Source of the DNA: Bugula neritina
Taxonomy: Eukaryota > Animalia > Bryozoa
Reading direction: 5' to 3'
Assembly (NCBI GenBank): GCA_964035545.1
Contig: OZ037768.1
Coordinates: 20,505,700 to 20,569,699, forward strand
DNA: 64,000 nucleotides
The notes beneath the pieces are model-generated. The model made no database searches. It saw only the letters and a program-made list of their open reading frames with translations, and had not been told where the DNA came from. Positions 1 through 39,104 of this stretch are shown in pieces. A program made the position numbers and the translations under genes. Numbering within the stretch: position 1 is the stretch's first letter; every line of letters begins with the position of its first letter.

Positions 1-414
1 ACATTGCATAGGAAGAAAAAGCAGGTCGTATATACTCTACATGACATGGTAAGTTTCCCTTTAACTCAGGGAAACCTCCCATGTCTTATCACACTGGTAC
101 CTAAAATCTTCAGTATTTTCCTGTATCACGTGTTTTGTAAATGTTTTCATAATTTGCTATCAATTTTTATTTTTTAAATACCACCAAAAAGAACAAATTT
201 TAAAAGTTATGCAATTCAATACACTTTAGACAAGTTTGATTGATATTCAATACAATTAATATTATCAAAGTTGTGAAAAAAATAGATTATTGCTTCTTAT
301 TGATAGGATATTTCGCCACATTGGTGAGTAGAAAGCTTCTGATGTGAAAACATATTTTTAAGTCAGACAACTCCTAATAAATATTGTGTGCGTTTGTTGC
401 GCAGTGTACAGTAC

Positions 415-27270
<26,856 letters not shown>

Positions 27271-27325
27271 CTTCTACTAGCCGTAATACTAAATACTTGC
27301 TTGCAACACAGTGCGTGTCAATCTT

Positions 27326-27339
27326 GTTTCCATGGTAAT
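27326..27339. promoter_or_regulatory. RFX X-box-like element upstream of the JMJD8-like ATG
   Basis: GTTTCCATGGTAAT vs consensus GTYNCCATRGNAAC (1 mismatch), 56 nt upstream of the start codon; weaker second site GTTGCCATGGTGCT at 27774-27787. Confidence 0.45.
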
Positions 27340-29175
27340 ATTGGAGCCTGCCAACTGTATAGGTAACAGAACTTTCTAATGTCTATTTGGTAACAGCTGT
27401 ACCATTTGTTCAACCAGTTGCATGCATAATATGGAAGAAGCTTAGAAACTATACACACCTCCATTAAAAAGACTTTATATAGTCATAATAAGCTTAAACA
27501 TGCTTATTTCTATAATCAGACTCATCATAAAGATTTCCAAGCTCGCAATTAGTATTTATCAGGTAGACCTGTATGATCCAGGCACTTTTTAAAAACCTTA
27601 TTAGTAATATAAAGCTCATATTTACTTTTAGTGCATAATGTCGCAGAGTATAACTATTAGACTTGGTTTTGCTGCAAGTCAAAGCTGCTCAGTTGTAGTA
27701 CTTTGCCCATCAGCGGTATAGATAACACTTTTAAAAACTCATTATTTGCATAATTTACAAAATTGATTGTTTGGTTGCCATGGTGCTGAGTACTTCCACA
27801 TAATTGTTACAAAAATAAATGATAGTCCAAGTGTAATGAGTTCTGACAAGCACTTTGAGGAACTTCCAGATAGCATTCCGTAATGATTAGAAATTGGATT
27901 TGGTTTTGAATACTCAAATTTCCTGTCATAATGATGTTTAGTTTGTGAGTTAGTAATAGGAGTTTGACCACAATAATCTACCTGTGAAGAATGACAAGGA
28001 TATTTTTAGCTAAATAATTAATACTAGTTGAAAATGTGCTAGATCTAATACATTGCCCACCTATTCAATATTTTGGCCAACTTCCTCTCAGTAAAATGTT
28101 TAAAATATTTAGTTGCTTACAATGTGGCTGGCATGGGCACTATACATAAAGTGTTATAAGCCAGCAGTAACAGCTTTGTTTCAGAATATTTTTCATATAA
28201 AACACTTACAAACTTTGAAGCATACATAAACTTTAAATTTACTGTCGTCTCTTACTTTTATTTTAATGTTTTGATTATAATTTTATTCTAAGATAGTTTT
28301 AACTCATCAGATTTGTCTATCAATTGTCTCTCGAGCTTAGCTATGAACTAAGATCCGAGACCCAGTTAGTTAAATTATATAAATGTTTTAGACATTTGTT
28401 TTACCTGCCCACACACATTTTATAACAGAATAGATGGCCTGGTTTCTTTAAGGTCAATGACATTTATAATCTAAGTAAAGCTCCTTTACCAGAAGTGGTT
28501 TTTATTATTTTTAAATAGTGTACTTGTGCATTAATTTTAAAGTTAACTTATCTGATTTAAAGGTATACTTTTGTGTTCAGGTGCTAGACAGGACTAATTT
28601 CTTATTTTAAATTTCAGAAAAATACTTAAAGCATCCTTGACTCACTCTATTTACGTAGTATTAGAATATTCATCTATACCTGGGCTGTCAGTTTAATACA
28701 ACCTGAAGAAGAGAGAGAGTATGACCAAGCATATCAGTTTTATAAAAAAAGTTTGTGCTCATGCTGATGAGGTTTTGGTTAGGCTCTGGATAGCTAGGAT
28801 ATATATAGGTATTTTAATATTGCATAAATGAAGGGTGGCAGAGATACTTTAAAGAAACTACCAATACTATACAGGCCCACATTTTGCTTTAAATTTATTC
28901 ATTGTTGCAACCATGCAGTATTACCAAATAGATTTCAAAATTTCCGTCTTTAATCTTATTTATCAGCAGTGTAATGCAGTCTAAGGCAAACAATAATAAG
29001 GAATCACTTCGTTATTGCTATTATAAATGTCAAATACAGTTGAGATAATTTTCCCTATCTAGCAAACTGTTTACATAGCACTTAAATATCTACAGATTTC
29101 ATGTTGCTAAATTATTCCCTATATTAATAAATTGCGAGAAATTAGCCCCTACTTGTGCACTAACCACCTAGTAGA

Positions 29176-29350
29176 ATGTACGCGCTGATCAGTTGCTTTA
29201 GACAATGCCGGAAGAAGTGCAGATCAACGATATCTAACTCATCACACGCATCAGTTAGCAGCTCCATAGAAATGGATGTGGAGACATCAGTGACGAGTTA
29301 CGAAGAACGTGTGACATCACAGATTTCAAATCCACCCGTTCGACCTTCAG
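29176..29350 (+). CDS. Probable alternative first coding exon (1a) of the G-alpha gene
   Basis: ATG at 29176 opens MYALISCFRQCRKKCRSTISNSSH...PVRPS and ends CAG|GTATGA in phase 1, matching the phase-1 acceptor at 34050. The Cys/basic N-terminus resembles exon 1b (QCRK vs QCRR). Would give a 530-aa isoform. Confidence 0.6.
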
Positions 29351-30595
29351 GTATGACCCTTTGAACTATTTGATCAATTCAAGATAAACTGTGTTGTGGT
29401 GAGCATGACACATGAGCACATGACAACCTGTTGCAAATGATAGATCTATTTTTGTCAATAATTTTTGAACTATGATATTGGAAGCTCATCAAAGTTTTTT
29501 CCAGCAAAAAGTTACTTTAATTTCGACAGTATTTGTAAATTCAGATTTTAAGAGAATAGATGCTGCTAACTTAAAAACCAAATATTGAAACTGAAACAAA
29601 TTTAATTAAAACCATGATGTTTTTGTTTCGATGGTGGGTTTTTACTTAGCTTTGAAACTGGTTTAAAATAGCTACAAAGTAAATATATTAATGACATGGG
29701 TGTCTATAGAAAACTTCATTCTAATCATGAAGACATAAAAATGGAGTTTCTTTTAACCTAGTGGTGGTGTCTGCCAACAATTTATTCCTTAAAAAGTGTC
29801 TTGTAAATCCAGCAGAAGAAACTAGACTTTCGTCTATTTTTAGACTTTTATCTTAACAAACTGTTTACATCTTAACAAGATGAAATATTTTAATTTAGGA
29901 GTTTGTTTAACTGTTTACTGGTAGATTCGAGCTCTATTAATAGTTTACATGGATAAAGTAAATTGTTGATCAAACAAAACTAATAGGTGTTTAGTAGCAA
30001 TATTGGCTCCCCTTAGTGGCCTGTGTAACCTCAAAATATTGATAGGCTGACAGTTAAAGAAACATCATTGCTTAATATCCGGCTGTTACCAATCAGGTAA
30101 AAGAACCTTGGGAACTATTAGTGCAGGTGAATTTTAATAAAATTTACCACTGATGAAAGATATGTTTATTAAAATGATTAATATATTTTATAAGCAAAGG
30201 ATGATAATGTTTTCAAGACGTCTTAGTTTAACCAAAACATAAATTGCGATTATAGACATATTTACACTCTCACATTCCTAAACAAAAAAGTATATATACT
30301 AAAAGGGTATAAATCTTTTATAGTGTTCTAATAATTGCCATTTATTTAAATTAATATGTTTACTTTGTCAAGTTGAGCTGAGAAATCTAGTGTGAATGTA
30401 TATTAGATTTTTATAGCACAATATGTAGGCATGGAGGATTAGTCATAAAAATGAACATCGTGCAAACATGTTATGACTAGTCAACTTGATTTTTATCTCA
30501 AAGGAAAAATATATAAGCATCTATTTTTATATTAGTTATAATAATGATCTAAATTAGATTAGGGGTGTGGGCGGGAGAATCTGCAATGTAATGCA

Positions 30596-30845
30596 TGACA
30601 CTGAAAATTCGTTAATGCATGACACTGAAGAGTCAGTGCTGTGACACTGGAGAGTCAGTGCTGTGACGATGGATAGTCAGTGGTGTGACACTGGATAGTC
30701 AGTGGTGTGACACTGAAGATTCAGTGCTGTGACACTAGAAAGTCAGTGCTGTGACACTGGATAGTCAGTGCTGTGACACTGGATAGTCAGTGCTGTGACA
30801 CTGAATAGTCAGTGGTGTGAAACTGGATAGTCAGTGCTGTGACAC
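30596..30845. repeat. 22-bp minisatellite (TGACACTGGATAGTCAGTGCTG)x~11
   Basis: TGACACTG-like starts at 30596, 30620, then every 22 nt to 30840. Confidence 0.95.
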
Positions 30846-33710
30846 ATTAGAAAGCTGACTGACCTATGCAGCTTCCAGAAATACAGTGTTGTGTTGTAAC
30901 TTAATTACCAAAGAAAGGGTGAATGATAAATGAATGAAACTGCTTCACTTGACTAAAGAATCCAGAATGAGTATGTAGTTATAAAATAGCTTTTATATAA
31001 TATATGAATAGCTAGGAACCTGCGCTAAGTTAAAATGCATGATAATCAGGAAGAGCATAAATTTATTATGTAATATTAGTTAATGTAATGTTTCAACATG
31101 CTCTAGATTATTAGACTGCATTTAGTTTATATCAAAATAGTATATAGTGTTATACAACGGAATGCTTATGCACATGTGTATATTCATTGTGTTAAAATAC
31201 ACATGTGCTTTCGCCCAGTAACACGTTTACACGGACAGGATGCATATCATTATGACCAAAAAAACTTCATCAATTATAATTTAGACGCATACTTATTGCA
31301 ACAGGAAAAAAGAAATACAAGCAATAAAACTTCGTGTTCAAAAAATGTAATTTATCTCTTTTTTTATTTAGTTCACTTTATATTTTTATACTCTTTTTGG
31401 CAACAACTCAGGTTTTTGAAAAAACAAAAAAATTAAAATGCCTAGTTCCCCACTTGTTGCGACCATTCCAAGATGGTAACACGGTTTTTTGTGTGTTTGT
31501 GAATTAAAGGATGGTTGGCGACCATCCATCGTTTGTTGAAGATCCTTAAAGTTTTAGAATATTTCAACTGTAGGCAGAACAGCCACAGGCCAATGCACAG
31601 AGCTTTCCTTGTTCCCTGAAGCTGTTTCATAAAAACAAGACTTTTAGTATCAGCAAAAAATACAAGTAATTACTGTTCAGTCGCACATGTAAATGCTTAT
31701 GTCGCTCATGTATCAACCACTTCACTGCCCTATTTGTCTTTTCGTCAGCAGCAGTATATCCTGTTGTAAAACAAAAACAGCTCCTAAGCTTGTGTAGAGA
31801 CTCTGTTAAGATTGTGAAATGCTATGAAGCAACCTGAAATAAAACCATTCTTTCATAAGCATATAATCAATGCCAATATGCTCTGTGTTTTCACTGACAT
31901 CCAAAGATATGTTCTCGTTTGGTTTGTTACACCATTTTACAACCCCTGCACTGAATAATCTGATTCATTAAGGAATCTTAAGCAGAGAAAGTAATACAAT
32001 AAGGAAATAGTATAAAGACTGATAATTAAAAGAGTGAGCTCATTTATTGTAATCCTGGTCTGCTATTGGCTACCCACAGGTAATAGGCTGACTACAGCCA
32101 AGTAGTGAATGGTATTTTAATCATAATTGATGACTTAGCATCTCTCTCCTAGACAGAGTGATGACTCAGACACTTAGGACTGACTCACAGTGGCTTACAG
32201 ATCTGACTAATCACCACAATATCAGGGCCCATTTACTCCTTCATATCAGCCAAGTTATTTATTCACAGAAGTGTTTTGTTATGCAGCATTTCTAATTCAT
32301 ACTAAGACTGTCATTTTCACACACACAATGAAAAGTATGTGGGATGCCATCACATCACATATTCGTGTGACGTGTGGCACATTGTCATAGTTGAAACTCA
32401 GTGGCACATACAATCAGTAATTTGACATGTTGTTAGCTTTGTTTCTATACCTATCTATTGATAGCGCACAGGCTGGTGTGTGTTGTTATGTGACATTTGC
32501 TAGGAATGTAATTAGTTGCTGCTCTATCATCGTTTGGACATTCTTAACATGGGTGGATACTAGATGGGCAAACAAAGACAGTGCGATATTACTCGAAGAC
32601 ACGCAACTGCATGGTGTGATTGGTTGGTTGGTACAGATTGTATTTAGTTTATCAAGAACATCCTTAATAGTTCAAAGGTGAAACTCCAAACAAGAAAGTG
32701 GTTATAATTAGTTTAGGTTTTTAGAAAGACACCATGTTTCAACAGTCATGAGTAACTCTCTATACACTTCTTCAGTCTTGCTTGGATGACAGCTGAAAAC
32801 GCATGTTTGTTATTTACTCTGTTGAACACTTTTCAAAACAAGGCTATTCTAATTCCACAGACTTGTCATAATAAAGCAGGACTGTCTGTGCCAGGCATTG
32901 CACATTACATCTACTACCAAGTGACTATATCACATATATGTAGTAGACTAACACATACCCTATTCACAGCCACACAATGTGAAATCATTGAAACAGTTGC
33001 CTAAAATAGCTCATTGCAAATGTCTTGCCCAAAGGGTACCACGTCTACAAATATATGAACTTCATATAATTGTGTTTACACAACTGGCTAATAATACACA
33101 CAACTCTAGAGACCAAGAGGTCTTCTCCAGGGTGAAAAAGTCAATTAAATGTAAAAGCAGTTTATAGAATAGAAAAAAGATTAGCATAAGGTTATATTCT
33201 GTGAATCTAAGACAGATGAATTGAATCTTCATTCCTAAACTATCTATATTTAAATTGGCGAAACCCCTATTTCTCACGATTGGTCAGCAATAGATGGTTT
33301 AATATAGACCTTGTAGTTTAGTACATAGCACACACTAAGAGCTGAACAAAATGAAATGAAGCAGTTTAATAAACATAGTCAGCTTTTGCCATTTCTTATT
33401 ACTAAGTATCATAATGGTAGCTGCTATGCACTAATAGCATAGGCGTAGAGTGCAGTGGTATAATAATGTAGCATAGCGGCACAACAAAATTGCAATTACC
33501 TGGCCTAAGGTTGCCATAATAATTTATGAAACAAACTTTATGCGCCATAGTTCAAACTAAGTTTCATGAGTGTGAAAAAATTTGGTTGGTTAGAGCTTAA
33601 GCCTTGTGGTGCATAATGCAGTTTAGTTGAGGCGGAAATACTGGTTAAAGTTGAATAAACATAGTGTGCAAGGGAGTAATGAATGCCCTCTGTGTTGCAG
33701 GCAACATCAT

Positions 33711-33776
33711 CTGATTGGCCAATAAGTCCCATCAGTGGCTAGTATAAAAGCGTTTGACCCTCAATCACTATTTAGT
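33711..33776 (+). promoter_or_regulatory. Core promoter of G-alpha exon 1b: CCAAT box, TATA box, Inr-like element
   Basis: Palindromic ATTGGCCAAT at ~33714-33723, TATAAAAG at 33743-33750, and TTAGT at 33772-33776 with its A 31 nt after the start of the TATA box; ATG ~80 nt downstream. Confidence 0.65.
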
Positions 33777-33855
33777 AATGAGTGAACAAACAGTAGAGAA
33801 GGACGTAGTTATCTGTATCGAGCATTAGGTGTATAGTTGTATATTTTTTTCATCA

Positions 33856-36777
33856 ATGCCTACAGTTCCCACAAGCACCATGTTGAAACAGTGCAGACGA
33901 TTGAAAGCTAAATTAGGTTTAGCTGGTAAGTGTTTTAGCTGGGGAATCTTCTAGAATAAGCTACTGACATAACGCAGTTCTGGATATATACTTGGATATT
34001 AAACTTAGCTGGAGTCATGGTGTTCTAATGAATATTCATCTTGATTTAGGTAAAGAAACAAACACATCGGAGGCAGCTGTGGCTAGAGCTGCTAAAATAA
34101 GATCAGCTAAGATTGACCGAAAAATCCGATCAGACTGGAAAAACGAGCAGAAATATATTAAACTGTTACTGTTAGGTGAGTTGTTAAATTCAGCAACAGC
34201 ATCTAGTGATTTATGACATTGCAATATGATCATAAATAACTTGACATTATTAGCTGGTAATTGTGTCACGAGATAAAGCAAGGGATATAAATAGCTCTTG
34301 AACTTGTTATCATTTTATTCATACTACTTTAAAACAATTGACAATATTTTGTGATAGTTCATCAACTACTTAAATAGACTGAGATAATCGTGTATTGAAC
34401 TGGTGTGGAATGTTTGCTTCAGGTCCAGGGGAAGCAGGAAAAAGTACCCTTATAAAACAGATGCAGTTGATACACGGCGAAGCACTTGATCTACAGTAAG
34501 TACTGTTCTTAGAATTACTGCAGCTGAGATGTTGAAAATGTTGAGAAACTATGAAATATTTGATATGATATCATGTTTTATGCATGATGAATAATTGTCG
34601 TCTAACTTTGTAGAGAGAAATGTGCCAGAATACCATACATACGCCAGAACATATTTGACAGCATGGTGGTAAGTTTACAAATATTACATCTATCAACTTA
34701 TACACATCATATTTACATTTAGCCTTCTTTCTTACTTTGGTTATAGCAGGAGAGTTGTTTTATATAACAATGTTCTTTGTGTAATTTTAGGCCATCTTGG
34801 TAGCCATGGTAGAGTTTAACATTCCTCTCAGCAGTCCAGCAGCAAAGGAAAGAGCTCAAAGAGTTTTAAGTAACTCTCAAGTGTGTAACCCAAGTCTCAC
34901 TTCTAAGGATATCTTAAACTCAAGGTTTCTATCATCTCCAGAATTCTTTGATGACATAACTAACCTATGGCAAGATGATGGAGTAAAAATGGCTTACTCA
35001 CGTTCCAACGAATACCAGTTATTGGATTGCGCAGCCTAGTAAGTCATATAAGCTTATCAATTTTATTTGCATCAGTCAGTTTTTTTTATTGTTATTCAAC
35101 GAATTCTTATTACAATCTATTTTATTGTTATAAGAAGCAACTAAGCTTATCTATTGTTCTATTGAAGTCTTTTTCTAATAATTACAAATCATTTTTGTTA
35201 TTAGCTTCTTCGAAAGAATTGAGATCATCAGACAGGAAGAATATATACCAACTGAACAGGATGTCTTAAGATGTCGAGTGATGACCACCTCCATCACAGA
35301 AACCAGATTCTCAGCTTCACATGAAAATAGAGGACAACCTGTACACTTTAAAGTTCTCGATGTTGGTGGACAAAGAGGAGAACGAAGAAAGTGGATAACT
35401 CTGTTTGACAAAGTGACTGCAGTTCTCTTTGTCCAGGATATTAGTAGCTTTGATCAGACACTGAGGGAAGATAGTCAGACTAACCGACTACTGGAATCAT
35501 TAAAGGTCTTCTACCAGGTCATCACTACCAAGTAAGTATTTGTAATTTAATATAATTAATGTGTTGCTTGGCATGTTAAAGAGATACCTTTATCTGTCAG
35601 ATTTAAAAAAGCAATGAGTATAAATTAGTATATATAAACGGAAGGTGCTGGAAAAATTAAGATAGAAACAATTCCATCACTTATTTCCGCAATTTGTCGT
35701 ACTTATTATATGTTAAGAATTCCTGATTGCATAAAGTTGTTTTCTATTAATAGATATCTACGATCCGTGTCCATTCTAACCTTCATGAACAAGATTGACA
35801 TTCTGAAAGAGAAAATAGAAAGGGGAGCTAACTTCTCAGCAGCCCTTCAAAAAATAAAAGATGAAGCACATGAAAATTCTACAAACCCGAGTCACAGTGA
35901 ATATGACCGTCAGATATATCAACGTCTGCATGAAATCCTGGCAGAAAACCCCTATGACTCATTCGAAATCACCGGTAAGTAGTAAATGGATCAGTTCATA
36001 GATAAATATCTTTTTACGGCCTATAAATTATTTTACACGGTTAAATTTAATTGTTTATATAATTTCAAATTTGGTGACTCATTATATATTTAGCTAGAAG
36101 CACATTATGTGTACTTAACAGTTAAATGCACATTTATAAGCCTATTATGTTTCGCACAGTCACACGGAAGATGATATTTGTACTAAATATTTCCTTCTAT
36201 TCTCTTTAGATCAAGATCGCAAGAACTTTTGCGAGGCGTTCCCGGCACCAGACTCAGATCACAATGATAACCAGTCTAGTTTGGGAAGGAAATGGTCTAA
36301 ACTCACTAAGAAGATATCCAACACCAGTCTCTACTCTGAAATGAATGATGAAGTGATAAAAGCAGCCACATACATGAAATATTTGCTCAAGGTGAGCATC
36401 GAATCTCTTTTCATTTAACTCAGAACTTCAAAACTCTTCATTTACATTTAATTTCTGAAACAACAACCCATTTGAACTACTGATACACTGTTTGACTTTC
36501 ACCATGAAAACCGGGTCTGCATTGGTAAAACAAAATTTGAAGTTTCACATTCACTTGCCTAGTTTTTATACAATAATAATTATTTTTGCAGCAAATTATT
36601 GACAAGGTGGAGAAGAAGCATCATGGAACACTGCATTACTGTGACAGTGAGTTCCGATGTTACGAGTTCCATTACACGTGTGCAGTAGATAAGAGCAACA
36701 TCAAGAAAGTCATAGATGGATGCAAGAACATTATAGTGAAGGATTATCTCATGAGAATTGGTCTGCCTGTATCCTAA
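33856..36777 (+). CDS. Heterotrimeric G-protein alpha subunit, divergent Gs-family (GNAS-like), 495 aa
   Basis: Exons 33856-33925, 34050-34175, 34423-34495, 34614-34668, 34791-35038, 35205-35531, 35754-35974, 36210-36391, 36592-36777; all GT-AG and in phase. G boxes: GPGEAGKST, RCRVMT, DVGGQ, NKID, TCAVD. Gs signatures: RSNEYQLLDCAAYF, DVLRCRV, REDSQTNRLLESL. The 73-nt and 55-nt exons and several intron phases match GNAS as I recall it. Confidence 0.93.
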
Positions 36778-37312
36778 TCATCAACTTGTATGGTTAACCA
36801 GCATTAAACAACAGCCAGTGGATTAGTGTTTGCAAGATTTAAACACCAATATTAATACCAAGTCCCAGTGGTCACTTATGTATCATACTTACACCAGCTG
36901 AAAGGTATCCCTGAACACTTGTAACGCTACTTCGGTGTGTTCACTTCCGTGGATTATTGAACGTGATATTCACTGGTAGATCAGTGAGCAAGGCTGCAGC
37001 CTACAAACCAAATGCCTGGCACTCAGTTGACATTTGGTGTGATTTACTGATGTGAACAATTCTTTTATTTTATTTTTAAGTTATTTTAATTATTGTTATG
37101 TTATAATACGACAATGCAGTTGTTAAAAACTGTGGAGAATTCCGGCCAATGTTTTTGTATTTTATTTACAAACTGTATATGCTATTAAATATTGTATTAA
37201 ATTTGTACATTTTGTAGATTTACTAATTATTTAATAATTTAATTTCATGACTACTATAAAGTAGTGTGCATGTTGCAAGTTTTAGTTAAGTTTTTAGCTG
37301 CAAGGAACTTGA

Positions 37313-37318
37313 AATAAA
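37313..37318 (+). terminator. Candidate polyadenylation signal of the G-alpha gene
   Basis: AATAAA ~535 nt after the stop, following an AU-rich 3'UTR-like tract; AT-rich context lowers specificity. Confidence 0.4.
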
Positions 37319-39104
37319 ACATTGAAAATAGATTCACCAGTTCTCTTACTGAGGGTTAAAATCATAGCAACGGAAAACACTAAAGAGAATTTCATTTAAT
37401 TATATTGTGCAAAAATAGTAGCCAATTATGTGTTATTTTTGTAAGACTAATGATGCATATTAGTGAATTGTGAAAGATTGATGTTATTTAAGTAGGGCAG
37501 GGAGTAATTATGAATTCAGTGGTTAATGTACCAAACAGTAATAGTCGGTAAGAAGCACAGTTTAGAGAGAAATGAATCAATCAGCTTCTGCAGCTGCATT
37601 CTGTCACATTCATAAACTTTAGTTCCGCACCACTAACTCCATATCAACGCAACATGTATAATTTCTAATTACTTCACAAAAAGGAGACAACTTCGAAAGA
37701 CAAAACTTATTAATGGCATAATATATATTACATTATATTGTAAGCCATGGCAAAACACATTTACAAACTTTATTATAATTTAATGAACTTAAAAAATGAT
37801 AGATTCTACAGCAGTTTTAGTACAATCAATTTATGTAGTAAATCCATCAACATATTACCAGCTTGTGACTCAATCTATAACTGTTTTGATGTTTCCATCT
37901 ATGCTGCTCTACTAAAACTTATAAACTAAACTAAAACACTTTCAGCAATCACTATACATCACAGAGTTTGTTTAACATGTCAAATTTTACAATTATTATT
38001 AGAGACAGTAAAGATTACCTGCTAATATTAAAAAGTCAAACTTTAGTAAAGCTCTTAAACTAAAATATGGTTTCATATATACCCATGTGTTTATATGCCA
38101 GTATATTGACATGTGTATATAATACCTGTATATAATATGTGTGTATAATATGTTTGTATCATATGTTTGTATAATACGTATTTTGTATATAGGTATGTGT
38201 GTGTGTGTGCATTATAATTAAAGATATATAAAAATGAAATTAAATATGGGGAATTCACTCAACAGATGTAAATGTTGTTTAAAGGCTCATGTTTTCTCCA
38301 TTTCCAGCATGGATATACATGTACTAAACGTAAAGCAAACTCATTGTCCAAACAACATCACCAAATTCTGTTTTATTTTGTTTTTTAACAAAAAGATAAG
38401 TTTCATGACAAATATTCATATTCATTTGCCATCAGTAGCAATAATATAATTGATTTGGCAAATAAAAGTATATATAAATATAAAACATTTTGTAACATAT
38501 ATATGGTACATGATGAATAAGTAAGTCATATGGCTAAAACTCTTGCTGCAAACTAGTTAATAATTTGATACTAGAAAACTAATCAGCAACTGTTGCTGCC
38601 TCATGTTACTCAGTCAGCAGGTTTAGAAATACTTATTTGTGGCTAAAAATAAATGGTTAGTCAATGCTTTGGTAGATTACTAACCTATGCAATTCTTGTA
38701 TTTCCGTTAGTAAAAAAAAAGATCCATAAAAGCATTCTATATCTACTGACAAAATAAATTGAAGCATTAAAGTTTTGATTTCATAGTAAGCTCAACATGT
38801 TTGCTACTAAAAATAATTTTGACAGTTTGTAAAGTTCATAAAATTATTCTCAGGGAAGTGTCATTAAAGAGAAAAGGCAGCATGTTGAACTGAAGAGAAA
38901 ATCTGCAAGCTGTTCCCGTGAGATTATTATTCTTTACATGCATGTATGATTGTAACGCAGTATAAAGTGAATACGCATCTTTCCTTCTGCACAAGAGTTC
39001 TCCCGATGCACTCCTGATGCTGACACACATAGAATATTTTGACACCCTGCACCAGGTGCTTTGAAGGTGTTCAACACAACGGTTCAATTTTCCTCAATAA
39101 TTAT

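Noticed and set aside
30596-30845. CRISPR-like array
   Set aside because: Units are contiguous 22-mers without unique spacers, there are no cas genes, and the context is eukaryotic.
32427-32681. 84-aa ORF with signal-peptide-like start
   Set aside because: No recognisable domain or convincing splice context; consistent with a random ORF in AT-rich DNA.
38836-39104. Extension of Mnx by stop readthrough, or a separate 83-aa ORF
   Set aside because: Two in-frame TGAs follow the Mnx C-terminus and the downstream peptides show no recognisable motif; likely 3'UTR.
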